This document shows, piece by piece, positions 19,889-29,553 of a DNA stretch of 58,352 bases. The DNA comes from Candidatus Kerfeldbacteria bacterium (GTDB lineage Bacteria > Patescibacteriota > Patescibacteriia > UBA9570 > XYC2-FULL-38-9): contig JAHBAR020000015.1 in the NCBI GenBank assembly GCA_018500015.2, positions 1 to 58,352 of the forward strand, given 5' to 3'. Under the pieces are notes generated by a model. The model had not been told where the DNA came from. It saw only the letters and a list, made by a program, of their open reading frames with translations, and searched no databases. Within the stretch, counting starts at the first letter, position 1, and the number at the start of each line of letters is the position of its first letter. The position numbers and the translations under genes are program-made.

Positions 19889-21172
19889 ATGTTCGCTCAA
19901 TTTTTTCTTCAGTTTTTTTTCTTTCAAACGCTCGCGTCCAGCATTGGTTCGCATCACGTCGTCATACCTGCACATACAGAAATGACAGTGCAGTGGCGCG
20001 ATATTACATTTGTTATTCCTGACACTGCCTTTGCTGAAGAGACGACGCTGACCATCCGTGATCGTGGTGCATTGCCCGACACACACATGCCGGGGTTGCC
20101 GGATGGATACACATCAACACAACAGATGTACGCATTCCTTTTTTCGCACCAGCCCGCCGTCTCCATACCCATGACACTTGCTCTTGATACTTCCGATACA
20201 AGCAACAAACGTCGCCGCATTTTTTATACACCAATTGATGTGACGGGTGAGCGTGTATGGACGCGCATGAAATCACGCGTGCATCAGGCAGAATTTCTGA
20301 TTCGTACAGATGTGACACAAGATGCTGGTCGTGTTGTTGTAGGCACTCACAAAAAAAACAAAGAAGCCCCGGTGAAGTTAGCTGAGTTTTCTGATTTTGG
20401 CGCATTGCCGTATTCTGATACAGGTATTGTTATTGATAATAAAAGTGGAAAGGTGTTGTATGCTCAACATCCTGACAAGCAACGTTCGATTGCTTCTCTC
20501 AGTAAATTGCTTACGACTGTTGTGTGCTTAGAGCAGAATCCCAATCTCTCAGAGAGCATCAGCTATAGTTCATCATATAACACTGGTGGTGCTTCGATGT
20601 CTGTGTATGATGGTGATACTTTTACTTTGCAAAACGCACTTTTTGGAGCGCTTGTGCCTTCGGCCAATAACATGGCAATGACTGTCGCGCACTCATGCGG
20701 ATTGTCGTATACGGATTTTATGAATGCAGTGAATGCCTATGCACTTACTCATCATGGCGATCGCACGCATCTTGATGAACCTACAGGCCTCGACTCTGAC
20801 AATGTATCAACCGCTCGTAATATCGCTCGCATTGCGCGTCGCATTTTCCGTACACATGCAGAGACGTATGAGGCGGCTGCTGACTTTTCAACGTATACAT
20901 TCACAACGCAAAACACTCAGCGCACCGTGAGCGAAGAGACGACAAACCTTTTTGACGGTAAGGGAATATATGAGGTTGTTGCCTTTAAAACCGGCTATCT
21001 CCCGGGTTCTGCAGAACGCACGGTAGTATTAAAAGTTCGAAAGATAGCCACTGAGCAGACTATTATTGTTACCTTGCTTGGTAACCCTGAATATCAGACG
21101 ATTTTTAGTGAAGCCTACTCACTCGTAGACTGGACATTCAATAATTGGGTGTTTCACAATTATGCATCGTGA
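19889..21172 (+). CDS. Serine D-Ala-D-Ala carboxypeptidase (peptidase S11) with extra N-terminal beta domain
   Basis: SxxK (ASLSK), SxN (PSAN) and KTG motifs; EPTGLDSDNVSTA. Confidence 0.88.
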   Translation: MFAQFFLQFFFFQTLASSIGSHHVVIPAHTEMTVQWRDITFVIPDTAFAEETTLTIRDRGALPDTHMPGLPDGYTSTQQMYAFLFSHQPAVSIPMTLALDTSDTSNKRRRIFYTPIDVTGERVWTRMKSRVHQAEFLIRTDVTQDAGRVVVGTHKKNKEAPVKLAEFSDFGALPYSDTGIVIDNKSGKVLYAQHPDKQRSIASLSKLLTTVVCLEQNPNLSESISYSSSYNTGGASMSVYDGDTFTLQNALFGALVPSANNMAMTVAHSCGLSYTDFMNAVNAYALTHHGDRTHLDEPTGLDSDNVSTARNIARIARRIFRTHAETYEAAADFSTYTFTTQNTQRTVSEETTNLFDGKGIYEVVAFKTGYLPGSAERTVVLKVRKIATEQTIIVTLLGNPEYQTIFSEAYSLVDWTFNNWVFHNYAS

Positions 21173-21629
21173 AGTCGTTGTTGTGTTGCCATCAATTCGG
21201 TCGACGCATAATACCGGTTCTTTTTTTCGCACAAGCGATGCGTTTGGTGTGTCGAAAATTTTTCTCTGTGGATTTACAGCCAAGCCGCCACATCCGCACC
21301 TTCTTAAGGTATCGTTGGGAGCAGAGGAGTCAGTGCCATGGGAATATGTCGAAGAGCCTCGGGAGGTTGTTTCTCGTTTACGCGCAGAAGGTTTTCAACT
21401 CGTTGGTGTTGAACAGGTGCAACAGAGTGTCGCGCTTCGTGATGTGCGCTGGCAAGAAAAAGTCGCTCTCTTTTTTGGCCACGAGGTTGATGGGCTCGCA
21501 CAGGAAATCATTGATCTTATGGATGTGTGCGCCGAAATTCCCATGAAAGGTAAAAAAGAATCGTTAAATGTTTCAGTGATAGGTGGGATTGTGATTTACA
21601 CAGCCTCTCTTACGCACGATATGATATAA
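21162..21629 (+). CDS. TrmH/SpoU family RNA methyltransferase
   Basis: IRSTHNTGSFFRT, GHEVDG, EIPMKGKKESLNVS. Confidence 0.93.
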   Translation: MHREVVVVLPSIRSTHNTGSFFRTSDAFGVSKIFLCGFTAKPPHPHLLKVSLGAEESVPWEYVEEPREVVSRLRAEGFQLVGVEQVQQSVALRDVRWQEKVALFFGHEVDGLAQEIIDLMDVCAEIPMKGKKESLNVSVIGGIVIYTASLTHDMI

Positions 21630-21637
21630 TCTTCTGT

Positions 21638-23320
21638 ATGGATTCTGCTTTTTTTGATATTAGCGTTGTTCTGCTTGTCGGCACGGCGTTTGCGACACTA
21701 GCAAAGTTGTTAAACCAACCTATGATCCCGGCATACATTATTGCTGGTATTATTTTGGGGCCTGCAGGTTTTGCTATCATACAGCATGGTGACTTGCTGA
21801 ATATTCTTTCAACTTTTGGTATCGCATTTTTACTCTTTTTAGTGGGCATCGAGCTTGATCTGCGCCATTTTTTAAAGGCAGGAAAGATCGGTGTCTTTTT
21901 AGGCTTTATACAAATGAGCATAGCGGTGGTATGCGGCTATGTGCTCAATGTTTTACTGGGATTTTCAATGACAGAGTCGGTGTTTCTGGCTATTGCGCTT
22001 GGTTTTTCGAGTACGATTGTGGTGACCAAGTTGCTCGCGGAAAAAAAAGAGCTTGATACACTGTATGGTCAGATTATTATTGGTGTGTTATTGACGCAAG
22101 ATGCAATCGCTGTGTTGATTTTGATTTTTTTCAACGTCTTTACGGGGGCGGGGAGTACGTCTGAGCTCCCGGCAGTTATTGGAATGACTTTGCTCAAGGG
22201 GGTGGGTCTTGCACTTCTTGCTATTGTGTCTGCGCGATATATCCTCACCTCTGTATTTAAATATTTTGCGCGTTCAGCTGAGCTCTTGTTTTTAGGATCA
22301 ATTTGTTGGTGTCTCGTTTTTTCATTGATTTCAATTAAGATTGGATTTTCAATTGAAGTTGGTGCGCTGCTTGCTGGTGTGAGTCTTTCAATTTTGCCAT
22401 ATAATATTGAAATTGGTCATCGTATTTCCTCGTTGCGCGATTTTTTCTTGCCGATTTTTTTTGCAGTCCTTGGCGGCGAGTTGATTTTTGATCACGTGTC
22501 TACTGTTGTTGCCCCAACGATTATCCTTTCCCTTTTTGTGTTGTTTGGTTCGTCGCTCGTTGTTATCGCAATCATGATCGCGCTTGGGTATCGCACCCGT
22601 ACAGCATTTCAAGCCGGCATGACGCTGGGGCAGGTGAGCGAGTTTTCTTTCATCTTCATGCACATGGGGTATCAGGCCAACTTGCTTGATCAGCGCATGG
22701 TCTCTCTTGTTGCGCTCATTGGTTTGATAACGATGACGCTTTCAAGCTATTGCATGGAGTACACTGATCAGCTCTATGCGTTTGTTCGTCCGCTATTGAA
22801 AAAATTTGAGCGACACACACATCACGTCATGGAAGATTTGCCGGGAGAGTTAAACCAACACGCTGTATTGTTTGGATACCACACCATGGGCTTTAAAATA
22901 CATGAAATTTTTGCTCGACGAAATATACATTGTGTTGTTGTTGATCATAATCCAAATACGATTGAGCGTTTGCAACGTAAACATATCTCACATATCTATG
23001 GAAGCATTGGTGATATTGAGGTGCTTGAGAAAGTAAAACTCACTGAGGCATCTTATATTGTATCGACAGTTCCATCGCGCGTTGGTACCCTTGCGTTGCT
23101 CAACTATGTACGTGAACATAAAATGAATGCACAGGTCATTGTTCTTGCATTCCAACCACACGATGCCATAGAGTTTTATGATAAGGGTGCAAGCTATGTG
23201 TTGTTCCCGACCGCACTCTCTGCGGATCATCTTGAACATCTTATTGTGGAGGATTTACAACACAAACGGGATGCTCATTTGGAGGAGCTTCGCACGCTAC
23301 ATATTTTACAACTTGAATAA
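21638..23320 (+). CDS. Cation:proton antiporter (CPA2/Kef type) with TrkA-N domain
   Basis: FLLFLVGIELD, ALGFSSTIVV, GQVSEFSF; C-terminal HAVLFGYHTMG...VVVDHN. Confidence 0.92.
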   Translation: MDSAFFDISVVLLVGTAFATLAKLLNQPMIPAYIIAGIILGPAGFAIIQHGDLLNILSTFGIAFLLFLVGIELDLRHFLKAGKIGVFLGFIQMSIAVVCGYVLNVLLGFSMTESVFLAIALGFSSTIVVTKLLAEKKELDTLYGQIIIGVLLTQDAIAVLILIFFNVFTGAGSTSELPAVIGMTLLKGVGLALLAIVSARYILTSVFKYFARSAELLFLGSICWCLVFSLISIKIGFSIEVGALLAGVSLSILPYNIEIGHRISSLRDFFLPIFFAVLGGELIFDHVSTVVAPTIILSLFVLFGSSLVVIAIMIALGYRTRTAFQAGMTLGQVSEFSFIFMHMGYQANLLDQRMVSLVALIGLITMTLSSYCMEYTDQLYAFVRPLLKKFERHTHHVMEDLPGELNQHAVLFGYHTMGFKIHEIFARRNIHCVVVDHNPNTIERLQRKHISHIYGSIGDIEVLEKVKLTEASYIVSTVPSRVGTLALLNYVREHKMNAQVIVLAFQPHDAIEFYDKGASYVLFPTALSADHLEHLIVEDLQHKRDAHLEELRTLHILQLE

Positions 23321-23326
23321 ACACAT

Positions 23327-23878
23327 ATGATTACAGTCACAGTAACGCCGGTGAAGGATTTGTTGATTATTGAACCACAACTATTTGGCGACAATCGCGG
23401 ATGGCTTGTTGAGACATACAATGTCGAAGAGTTTGCACGTCACGGCATCACCGAAACTTTTGTGCAAGACAATCACTCTTCTTCAGCTCAAGGAGTGTTG
23501 CGTGGGTTGCATTTTCAGCGGCCGCCGTTTGCTCAGACAAAGCTTGTGCGTTGCTCCAAAGGACGGCTCTGGGACGTAGCTGTTGATATGCGAAAAAATT
23601 CCCCAACGTTCAAGCAGTGGTTTGGTCTTGAGCTTTCTGCTGAAAATAAAAAAATGCTTTTCATCCCCGCTGGCTTTGCTCACGGTTTTTACTCTCTTGA
23701 AGATTGTGAGCTTATATATAAATGCAGCAATGTGTATCATCCTGAAGTTGATAGTGGCATTCGCTGGAATGATCCGGAAATCGCAATTCAATGGCCTCTT
23801 CTTCCAGGAAGCACGCCGACATTATCTGATAAAGACACTCAACTGCTCACCGTCGCAACCGCCGACATTCCATTCTAG
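23327..23878 (+). CDS. rfbC: dTDP-4-dehydrorhamnose 3,5-epimerase
   Basis: FVQDNHSSS..GVLRGLHFQ, QTKLVRC, IPAGFAHGF. Confidence 0.96.
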   Translation: MITVTVTPVKDLLIIEPQLFGDNRGWLVETYNVEEFARHGITETFVQDNHSSSAQGVLRGLHFQRPPFAQTKLVRCSKGRLWDVAVDMRKNSPTFKQWFGLELSAENKKMLFIPAGFAHGFYSLEDCELIYKCSNVYHPEVDSGIRWNDPEIAIQWPLLPGSTPTLSDKDTQLLTVATADIPF

Positions 23879-23889
23879 AAAAAAGATGT

Positions 23890-23981
23890 ACACAGCGGGT
23901 GACGTCGGAGCAGGGACCCTGTCCGCACGCAGCCTCAGGGCGAGTACGGACGGGGTGCGTAGTGCGGCAGGACCCGCGTGT
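23890..23981. repeat. Structured intergenic repeat, family R2 copy 2
   Basis: Near-identical to 11528-11622 except the apical hairpin. Confidence 0.92.
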
Positions 23982-24029
23982 TAAACGAGATTGTTTTCTT
24001 GAATAAAAAATGGTATAACTTGCTACGGT

Positions 24030-24455
24030 ATGACCCTCAAGCGCTACATCGGAATTATGTCTCTCACGACCGTCTTGTGTTGGAGTGCGTGGCTATGCGT
24101 CCTTTTTTATATCGACCCATCTGAGGGTGGACCACTTGCTTTTGTTCTTTTTTTTCTCGCCTTATTTTTTGCAACGTGGGGGACGGCAAGTTTATTGGGA
24201 TTCACATTTCGTTTTCTCGTCTTTCGTAAATCGCCAGCTTTTCAACATGTCGGCGTTTCACTGCGTCAAGCACTCTGGTTTTCACTACTCATTGTCCTTC
24301 CGCTGATTTTAGTAGCACAAAAACTTTTTCTGTGGTGGATGTCAATTTTGTTAGTTATCTTTGTGTGTGCTATAGAAGGTTTTATTATTTCACGTCAACT
24401 TCAACAACGAACCCGCATTCAACATATTTATGACAATGAAACTGAAGCTCAATAA
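24030..24455 (+). CDS. Four-TM hypothetical membrane protein
   Basis: Hydrophobic ORF with IDP and SLRQA motifs; overlaps the pheS start. Confidence 0.75.
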   Translation: MTLKRYIGIMSLTTVLCWSAWLCVLFYIDPSEGGPLAFVLFFLALFFATWGTASLLGFTFRFLVFRKSPAFQHVGVSLRQALWFSLLIVLPLILVAQKLFLWWMSILLVIFVCAIEGFIISRQLQQRTRIQHIYDNETEAQ

Positions 24456-25494
24456 CGAATCACTCGCACAACTTCAAAAAGAAATCGATGATGCACTAGT
24501 TGGTGCTCGCACGACAGAAGATGTCGATGCTGTACGTGTGCAGTACCTCGGTCGAAAAAACGGCGTGCTCACTGAAGCGCTCAAAAGTTTGAAAGATTTA
24601 GGACTAGAAGAAAAAAAAGTATTCGGCCCTTTGCTTAATGATTTAAAAAATCGTATCGAAGAACAACTCACACGTGCCGAACACGCGCTTGATGTAGACC
24701 AAAGTGCTGCGCGCGATCTTACGCTGCCGGGTATTGTGCCAGAAACCGGGCATCTACATCCGATGACATTAGTGCAGCACGAGCTCATGGATATTTTTCG
24801 TTCCATGGGATTCATGATTGTAGAGGGTCCTGAACTTGACCAAGAGTTTTATAATTTTGAATCGTTGAATATTCCAAAGACACATCCTGCTCGCGATATT
24901 CAAGATACCTTTTTCATCAAGACTCCAATCACGCGCAAAGAAAAACGTGATTTACCAAAAACAGGTTGGGTGATGCGCACGCATACTTCAAACATGCAAG
25001 TACGCATCATGGAAGAGTATGGCGCACCTTTGCGTTGTGTTGTGCCAGCGCGCGTCTTCCGCAATGAATCAACCGACGCTTCACATGAGCACACCTTTTA
25101 CCAATTTGAATGTTTTGTCGTGGATGAAAAAATAAACATCGGTAATTTACTGTGGACCATTCAAGAAATTTTTCGACAATTGTATAAAAAAGATGTGAAG
25201 GTTCGTTTACGTCCCGGATATTTTCCATTTACCGAACCGAGCTTTGAGCCAGATATGTCCTGTGTCTTTTGTGATGGTGTTGGTTGTCGCGTCTGCAAAT
25301 ATACCGGATGGGTTGAGATGGGCGGTAGCGGAATGATTCATCCCAATGTGTTCAAGGCTGCTGGCTTCCCTGAAGGCAAATATACCGGATTTGCCTTTGG
25401 TATGGGAATGTCGCGCCTTGCAATGCTCAAGTATGGCTTGCCAGATGTCCGATTGTTCATGGACAGCGATCTTCGTATTTTAAAACAATTCTAG
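24430..25494 (+). CDS. pheS: Phenylalanine-tRNA ligase alpha subunit
   Basis: HPARDIQDTF, RTHTS, RPGYFPFTEPS, GFAFGMG. Confidence 0.98.
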   Translation: MTMKLKLNNESLAQLQKEIDDALVGARTTEDVDAVRVQYLGRKNGVLTEALKSLKDLGLEEKKVFGPLLNDLKNRIEEQLTRAEHALDVDQSAARDLTLPGIVPETGHLHPMTLVQHELMDIFRSMGFMIVEGPELDQEFYNFESLNIPKTHPARDIQDTFFIKTPITRKEKRDLPKTGWVMRTHTSNMQVRIMEEYGAPLRCVVPARVFRNESTDASHEHTFYQFECFVVDEKINIGNLLWTIQEIFRQLYKKDVKVRLRPGYFPFTEPSFEPDMSCVFCDGVGCRVCKYTGWVEMGGSGMIHPNVFKAAGFPEGKYTGFAFGMGMSRLAMLKYGLPDVRLFMDSDLRILKQF

Positions 25495-25495
25495 T

Positions 25496-27883
25496 ATGTT
25501 GTTCTCTTATCAATGGCTCAAAACGTACGTTCCATCCATTCCTGAACCGAATATCTTAAAAGAAGAGCTCACTCGTCGCTCTGTTGAAGTTGAATCAATC
25601 GCTGATGCTTACCCTCTCATGCGGGACATTATTGTTGCTGAGGTAAGAGCTGTTGATCGACATCCAGATGCCGACCGTTTGGTTGTGTGCAATGTATATG
25701 ATGGTAAAAATGAAATTCAAGTTGTATGTGGTGGCAGCAATGTCCGTGCTGGCATGCGTGTTGCGCTCGCTCCAGTAGGCGCAACAGTACAATGGCATGG
25801 AGAAGGGGAGCCTATTGTTTTGGAGAAGGCAAAAATTCGAGGTCTTGAATCGTTTGGAATGATCTGCAGTACAAGCGAAATTGGTTTGGCTGGCATTTTT
25901 CCTCCACATGAACGAGAGGTGTTTGATCTTTCGGGCACACAAGCAGCTCCGGGTGCGCCACTTGCACAAGCGCTGAATATGCACGATTACATCGTCGACA
26001 TCGACAACAAATCAATGACGCATCGTCCTGATTTATTTTCACACCGTGGCCTTGCTCGCGAAATTGCCGCAGTGTTCAATCTTGAAATGCATCTTGCTGA
26101 GGTTGAAGATACCATAGGCAACGTGCCTGCGATGCACAGCGTTGTTGAGGATGCAGAAGCATGTCGACGATACCGACTCATTGAACTTGAAGTTACAGTA
26201 GCGCAAGCGCCTGAGATCGTTCGTAATCGTTTGCAATTGTGTGGAATAAAATCAATCAACAACGTTGTTGATATTACCAACTATATTTTGCTCGAGTATG
26301 GTCAGCCTGTGCACGCGTTTGATGCTGAAAAAGTTTCAGGCGACATGATCGTTCGCAGAGCACGCACAGGAGAAAAAATTGAAACTTTAGATCACGAGAC
26401 ACACGAACTCACACCTGATGTGTTGGTCATTGCTGATACCGAAAAACCGCGCGCGATTGCCGGTATCATTGGCGGAGTGGACAGCGCAATCACAGAGAGC
26501 ACGAAGCGTGTGTATCTTGAAGTTGCGCATTTTGATGCTGTGGTGACACGCAAAGCGAGTCAACATGTTGGAGTGCGTACCGATGGCGTGTTGCGTTGGG
26601 AAAAAGGTCCATCTGAGGAGCTGCCAACGTATTCTGCGCCAGCTACTGTGGAGTTGTTAAAACAATACGCTGACGCAAAAGTGCTGCGCGCAATTGATGT
26701 GTATCCAAAAAAACGTGTACAACAATCTGTTGAAGTTGCTCAATCAGCTATCGCTCGCCTTGTTGGTATTTCTATCCCGCTTGAAGAATCGGCGCAGATG
26801 CTGACGCGTTTGGGTTGCGTAGTTGTCACAAAAAAAGATGGATTCACTGTCACGCCTCCATGGTTTCGCATGGATCTCAACATTCAAGAAGATGTCATCG
26901 AAGAGGTCGTACGCATGTACGGAATTCATCGGATTCCAGAACAATATCTTCGTGGCGAGTTGCGCGTTGCTGTTGTTGACCCCGAAGTTGCCCTTCAGCG
27001 TCGCGTACGCGAACAGCTTGCATTGATGAAATATTCCGAACTCTACAGCTATTCATTTTATGGTGATGTACAACTTAAGCGGTACGATATTGCATCTGAG
27101 CCGCATGTTGAAATTCTCAATCCACTCTCTGATGATTTGAAATATCTTCGTGTTTCACTCCTGCCAAACATGTTGAACACGGTTGTGCGCAACAGTGTGC
27201 ATGAAGGTGTCCTCAATTGCTTTGAAATCGGTCATGTGTATTTTGCTGATCGAGAAGTTCGACAACTCGCCATTGTCACAACAGGAAGCAATGCCTTTCG
27301 TCGTTTGCGCGGCATTGTTGAACAACTGCTTACTACACTGACCGTTCCATATCACTCTTCTGTCGTCAATCAATCTTTAGGGCAGTCATCGCTATGTCCT
27401 TTCTGGCAATGGTACGAAGGTGCACAAGCGCTTGAATACCGTTCAGGCACAGAGATACTCGGGACCATTGGTGAGCTTGCTGCTCCGGTTGCGTCGCGCA
27501 TCAAAATGAAATACGAGTGCGCTTTTGCGACTCTTTCAATTCCACAGATGGTGCACGACGAAGCAATCACCAAAACCATCCGTATTCCGTCAGAGTTCCC
27601 AGCACTGCCGCTTGATCTTTCACTTGTGGTGCCAGAGTCGGTTGCGTGGGGCGAAGTTGAACGTGTCGCGCGTGTGCATGGTGGTGTGCTCTTACAAAAT
27701 ATCGAGCTCAAAGATATCTACACAGGAGCTCCTCTTGAAAAAGGAACCAAGAGCTTTTTATTCCGCCTTGAATTCCAAGCGCAAGATCATACACTTGCAA
27801 TGAACGAGATGGAGGAATGGCGCGATCAATTCGTTGCAGAATGTAGTAAAAAGTTTGGCGCTATCTTGCGCGACAACGCGTAG
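25496..27883 (+). CDS. pheT: Phenylalanine-tRNA ligase beta subunit
   Basis: HPDADRLVVC, HRPDLFSHRGLARE, INNVVDITNY, EEVVRMYG. Confidence 0.98.
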   Translation: MLFSYQWLKTYVPSIPEPNILKEELTRRSVEVESIADAYPLMRDIIVAEVRAVDRHPDADRLVVCNVYDGKNEIQVVCGGSNVRAGMRVALAPVGATVQWHGEGEPIVLEKAKIRGLESFGMICSTSEIGLAGIFPPHEREVFDLSGTQAAPGAPLAQALNMHDYIVDIDNKSMTHRPDLFSHRGLAREIAAVFNLEMHLAEVEDTIGNVPAMHSVVEDAEACRRYRLIELEVTVAQAPEIVRNRLQLCGIKSINNVVDITNYILLEYGQPVHAFDAEKVSGDMIVRRARTGEKIETLDHETHELTPDVLVIADTEKPRAIAGIIGGVDSAITESTKRVYLEVAHFDAVVTRKASQHVGVRTDGVLRWEKGPSEELPTYSAPATVELLKQYADAKVLRAIDVYPKKRVQQSVEVAQSAIARLVGISIPLEESAQMLTRLGCVVVTKKDGFTVTPPWFRMDLNIQEDVIEEVVRMYGIHRIPEQYLRGELRVAVVDPEVALQRRVREQLALMKYSELYSYSFYGDVQLKRYDIASEPHVEILNPLSDDLKYLRVSLLPNMLNTVVRNSVHEGVLNCFEIGHVYFADREVRQLAIVTTGSNAFRRLRGIVEQLLTTLTVPYHSSVVNQSLGQSSLCPFWQWYEGAQALEYRSGTEILGTIGELAAPVASRIKMKYECAFATLSIPQMVHDEAITKTIRIPSEFPALPLDLSLVVPESVAWGEVERVARVHGGVLLQNIELKDIYTGAPLEKGTKSFLFRLEFQAQDHTLAMNEMEEWRDQFVAECSKKFGAILRDNA

Positions 27884-27886
27884 CTC

Positions 27887-28028
27887 ATCTTTGTACCTGT
27901 GTCAGGAAAACGGTGTCGGCGCTCTCCGAGCTGCGCGCCGCACCTCTTGCTCACTGGCGTGGCCGTCTTTTCAAGACGGACCAAGCCCACGCCAAGTTCC
28001 GCAGGTTTCCTGAACAGGCAACAAAGAT
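27887..28028. repeat. Single-copy long imperfect hairpin (MITE/REP-like)
   Basis: ATCTTTGT-ACCTGTG-TCAGGAAA pairs with TTTCCTGA-ACAGGCA-ACAAAGAT; internal CCGTCTT/AAGACGG and TGGCGTGG/CCACGCCA stems. Confidence 0.6.
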
Positions 28029-28075
28029 TCGTAGTGAGAAGAAACAACAATCCACCTGATACTATAGAAAATATT

Positions 28076-28195
28076 GTCGTCCTGAGGAGGTGGCGAAGTC
28101 ACCGACGTGAGGATCTCATGGATGTCCACTGGGCGGCTATGCTTCTGTTGTCATGAGCTCGGAGGCCTCAAGGCCGACGTGGCAATCTTGTTGTT
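28076..28195. repeat. Two REP-like units related to family R1
   Basis: GTCGTCCTGAGGA-hairpin-GACGTGAGGATCTCATGG (also at 57753-57796), then TGTCATG...GACGTGGCAATCTTGTTGTT matching the R1 right end. Confidence 0.7.
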
Positions 28196-28255
28196 TTTAT
28201 TTTGACTTTTTCAAAAAAAAAGAGTAATGAACTATATGCAAACTAGGAGTCTCTC

Positions 28256-28663
28256 ATGTCTCTCGAGCCGAACAACAACCCCGACACCTCTGACCTCGAG
28301 GTCGTGGAGGTCGTATTGGGCGAATCGATGGTGACCGTCGCCATCTTCCCGTCAAATTATTTTTCCAATGACCCTTCAAGCCGGGAGGTGATGGCGGAGG
28401 TCGAGCGGCGGAAGCTGCAGGATCCTGAGAAGGATATCATGAACACCCTTCTCGACAGTCGCAGCCCGGCGGAATTCGTCGAGAGCCCCCTCGTGGGCAT
28501 ATTCGACATCGTCCAAGGGCCCATCACCCGCGGCGGCCGCGTGGTGAACTGCACCGTTCAGGATGGTGATGGCCGAAAGAACGGCCAGAACTACCTGATG
28601 GCAAGGTGGTTGCGTAACTGCCGCTTCGCGGCAGTCGTCAGCAAGAGGCCGCTCTGGTCGTAG
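28256..28663 (+). CDS. High-GC hypothetical protein (135 aa)
   Basis: AGGAG Shine-Dalgarno before ATG; about 60% GC in sampled lines; no recognised domain. Confidence 0.7.
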   Translation: MSLEPNNNPDTSDLEVVEVVLGESMVTVAIFPSNYFSNDPSSREVMAEVERRKLQDPEKDIMNTLLDSRSPAEFVESPLVGIFDIVQGPITRGGRVVNCTVQDGDGRKNGQNYLMARWLRNCRFAAVVSKRPLWS

Positions 28664-28759
28664 CCTCATACAAAATCCTCGATGCTGTTCGTGCGTCGGG
28701 GTCCTTGCTACAAGAGTTTTGAGTCTTGGCAAGGTTTCTTTTTTTTATTCAAAAAACGG

Positions 28760-28789
28760 TTGACAGGGGAATCTAAAAAGTGGTATAGT
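28760..28789 (+). promoter_or_regulatory. Sigma70 promoter for rpsU operon
   Basis: TTGACA-18 nt-TATAGT with extended TG. Confidence 0.65.
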
Positions 28790-28838
28790 CGAAGCGCAAT
28801 TTTTGCAGAAGATATTAACGATAGAAAGGAGTGTTTTC

Positions 28839-29084
28839 ATGATCAGTGTCACAAAGAAAGAAGGCGAATCAAACGATTCTGTTTCTCGCCGTTTTACTCG
28901 AAAAGTGCAATCCACCGGTTTGCTCATTCGCAAAAAACGTTTGCTCCATCGCTCACGTAAAAAAAGTAAACGAGCGGTTCGCGTTTCCGCACAACACAGC
29001 GCACGACTCGCAGCAGAGCGTGCTCATCTCATCAAAATTGGCAAGCTCAAAGAAAAAACAAGACTTGCTTCTCGAAAGAAATAA
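28839..29084 (+). CDS. rpsU: 30S ribosomal protein bS21
   Basis: MISVTKKEGESNDSVSRRFTRKVQ; basic; AAGGAG SD; precedes yqeY. Confidence 0.85.
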   Translation: MISVTKKEGESNDSVSRRFTRKVQSTGLLIRKKRLLHRSRKKSKRAVRVSAQHSARLAAERAHLIKIGKLKEKTRLASRKK

Positions 29085-29093
29085 ATTGACATC

Positions 29094-29543
29094 ATGTCAC
29101 TCTATTCCACAATTCTTTCTGACCTCACCGCAGCCATGAAGGCTAAAGATACGGAGCGCCTGAACGCGCTCCGTATGGTGAAGTCATCTCTCCTCTTGGC
29201 GTTGAAAGAGAAAGGACCTTCAGTCACAGAGCTTTCTGATGACGAAGTTCTTGCTGTCTTGCAACGCGAAGCCAAAAAACGCAAAGACTCCATCTCACAA
29301 TTCGATGCAGGTGGTCGTCAAGACCTCGCTGACTCTGAACGTCGCGAGCTTTCTGTTATCCAAGCCTATCTGCCAGCGCAAATGTCTGAAGCCGAGATTG
29401 AACACGCGGTAGCAGGCATTATTGCAGAACATGCTGGTGCGCCATTTGCAGCGGTCATGGGTAAGGCAATGCAGCTTCTACGTGGTAAGGCTGACGGTGC
29501 TCAAGTTCGCGCTGTGGTCGAACGACTCACATCAACATCATAA
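29094..29543 (+). CDS. yqeY: GatB/YqeY domain protein
   Basis: DLTAAMKAKD, KKRKDSISQF..GGRQDLAD.E..EL, YLPAQMS. Confidence 0.93.
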   Translation: MSLYSTILSDLTAAMKAKDTERLNALRMVKSSLLLALKEKGPSVTELSDDEVLAVLQREAKKRKDSISQFDAGGRQDLADSERRELSVIQAYLPAQMSEAEIEHAVAGIIAEHAGAPFAAVMGKAMQLLRGKADGAQVRAVVERLTSTS

Positions 29544-29553
29544 CTATTTTTAT

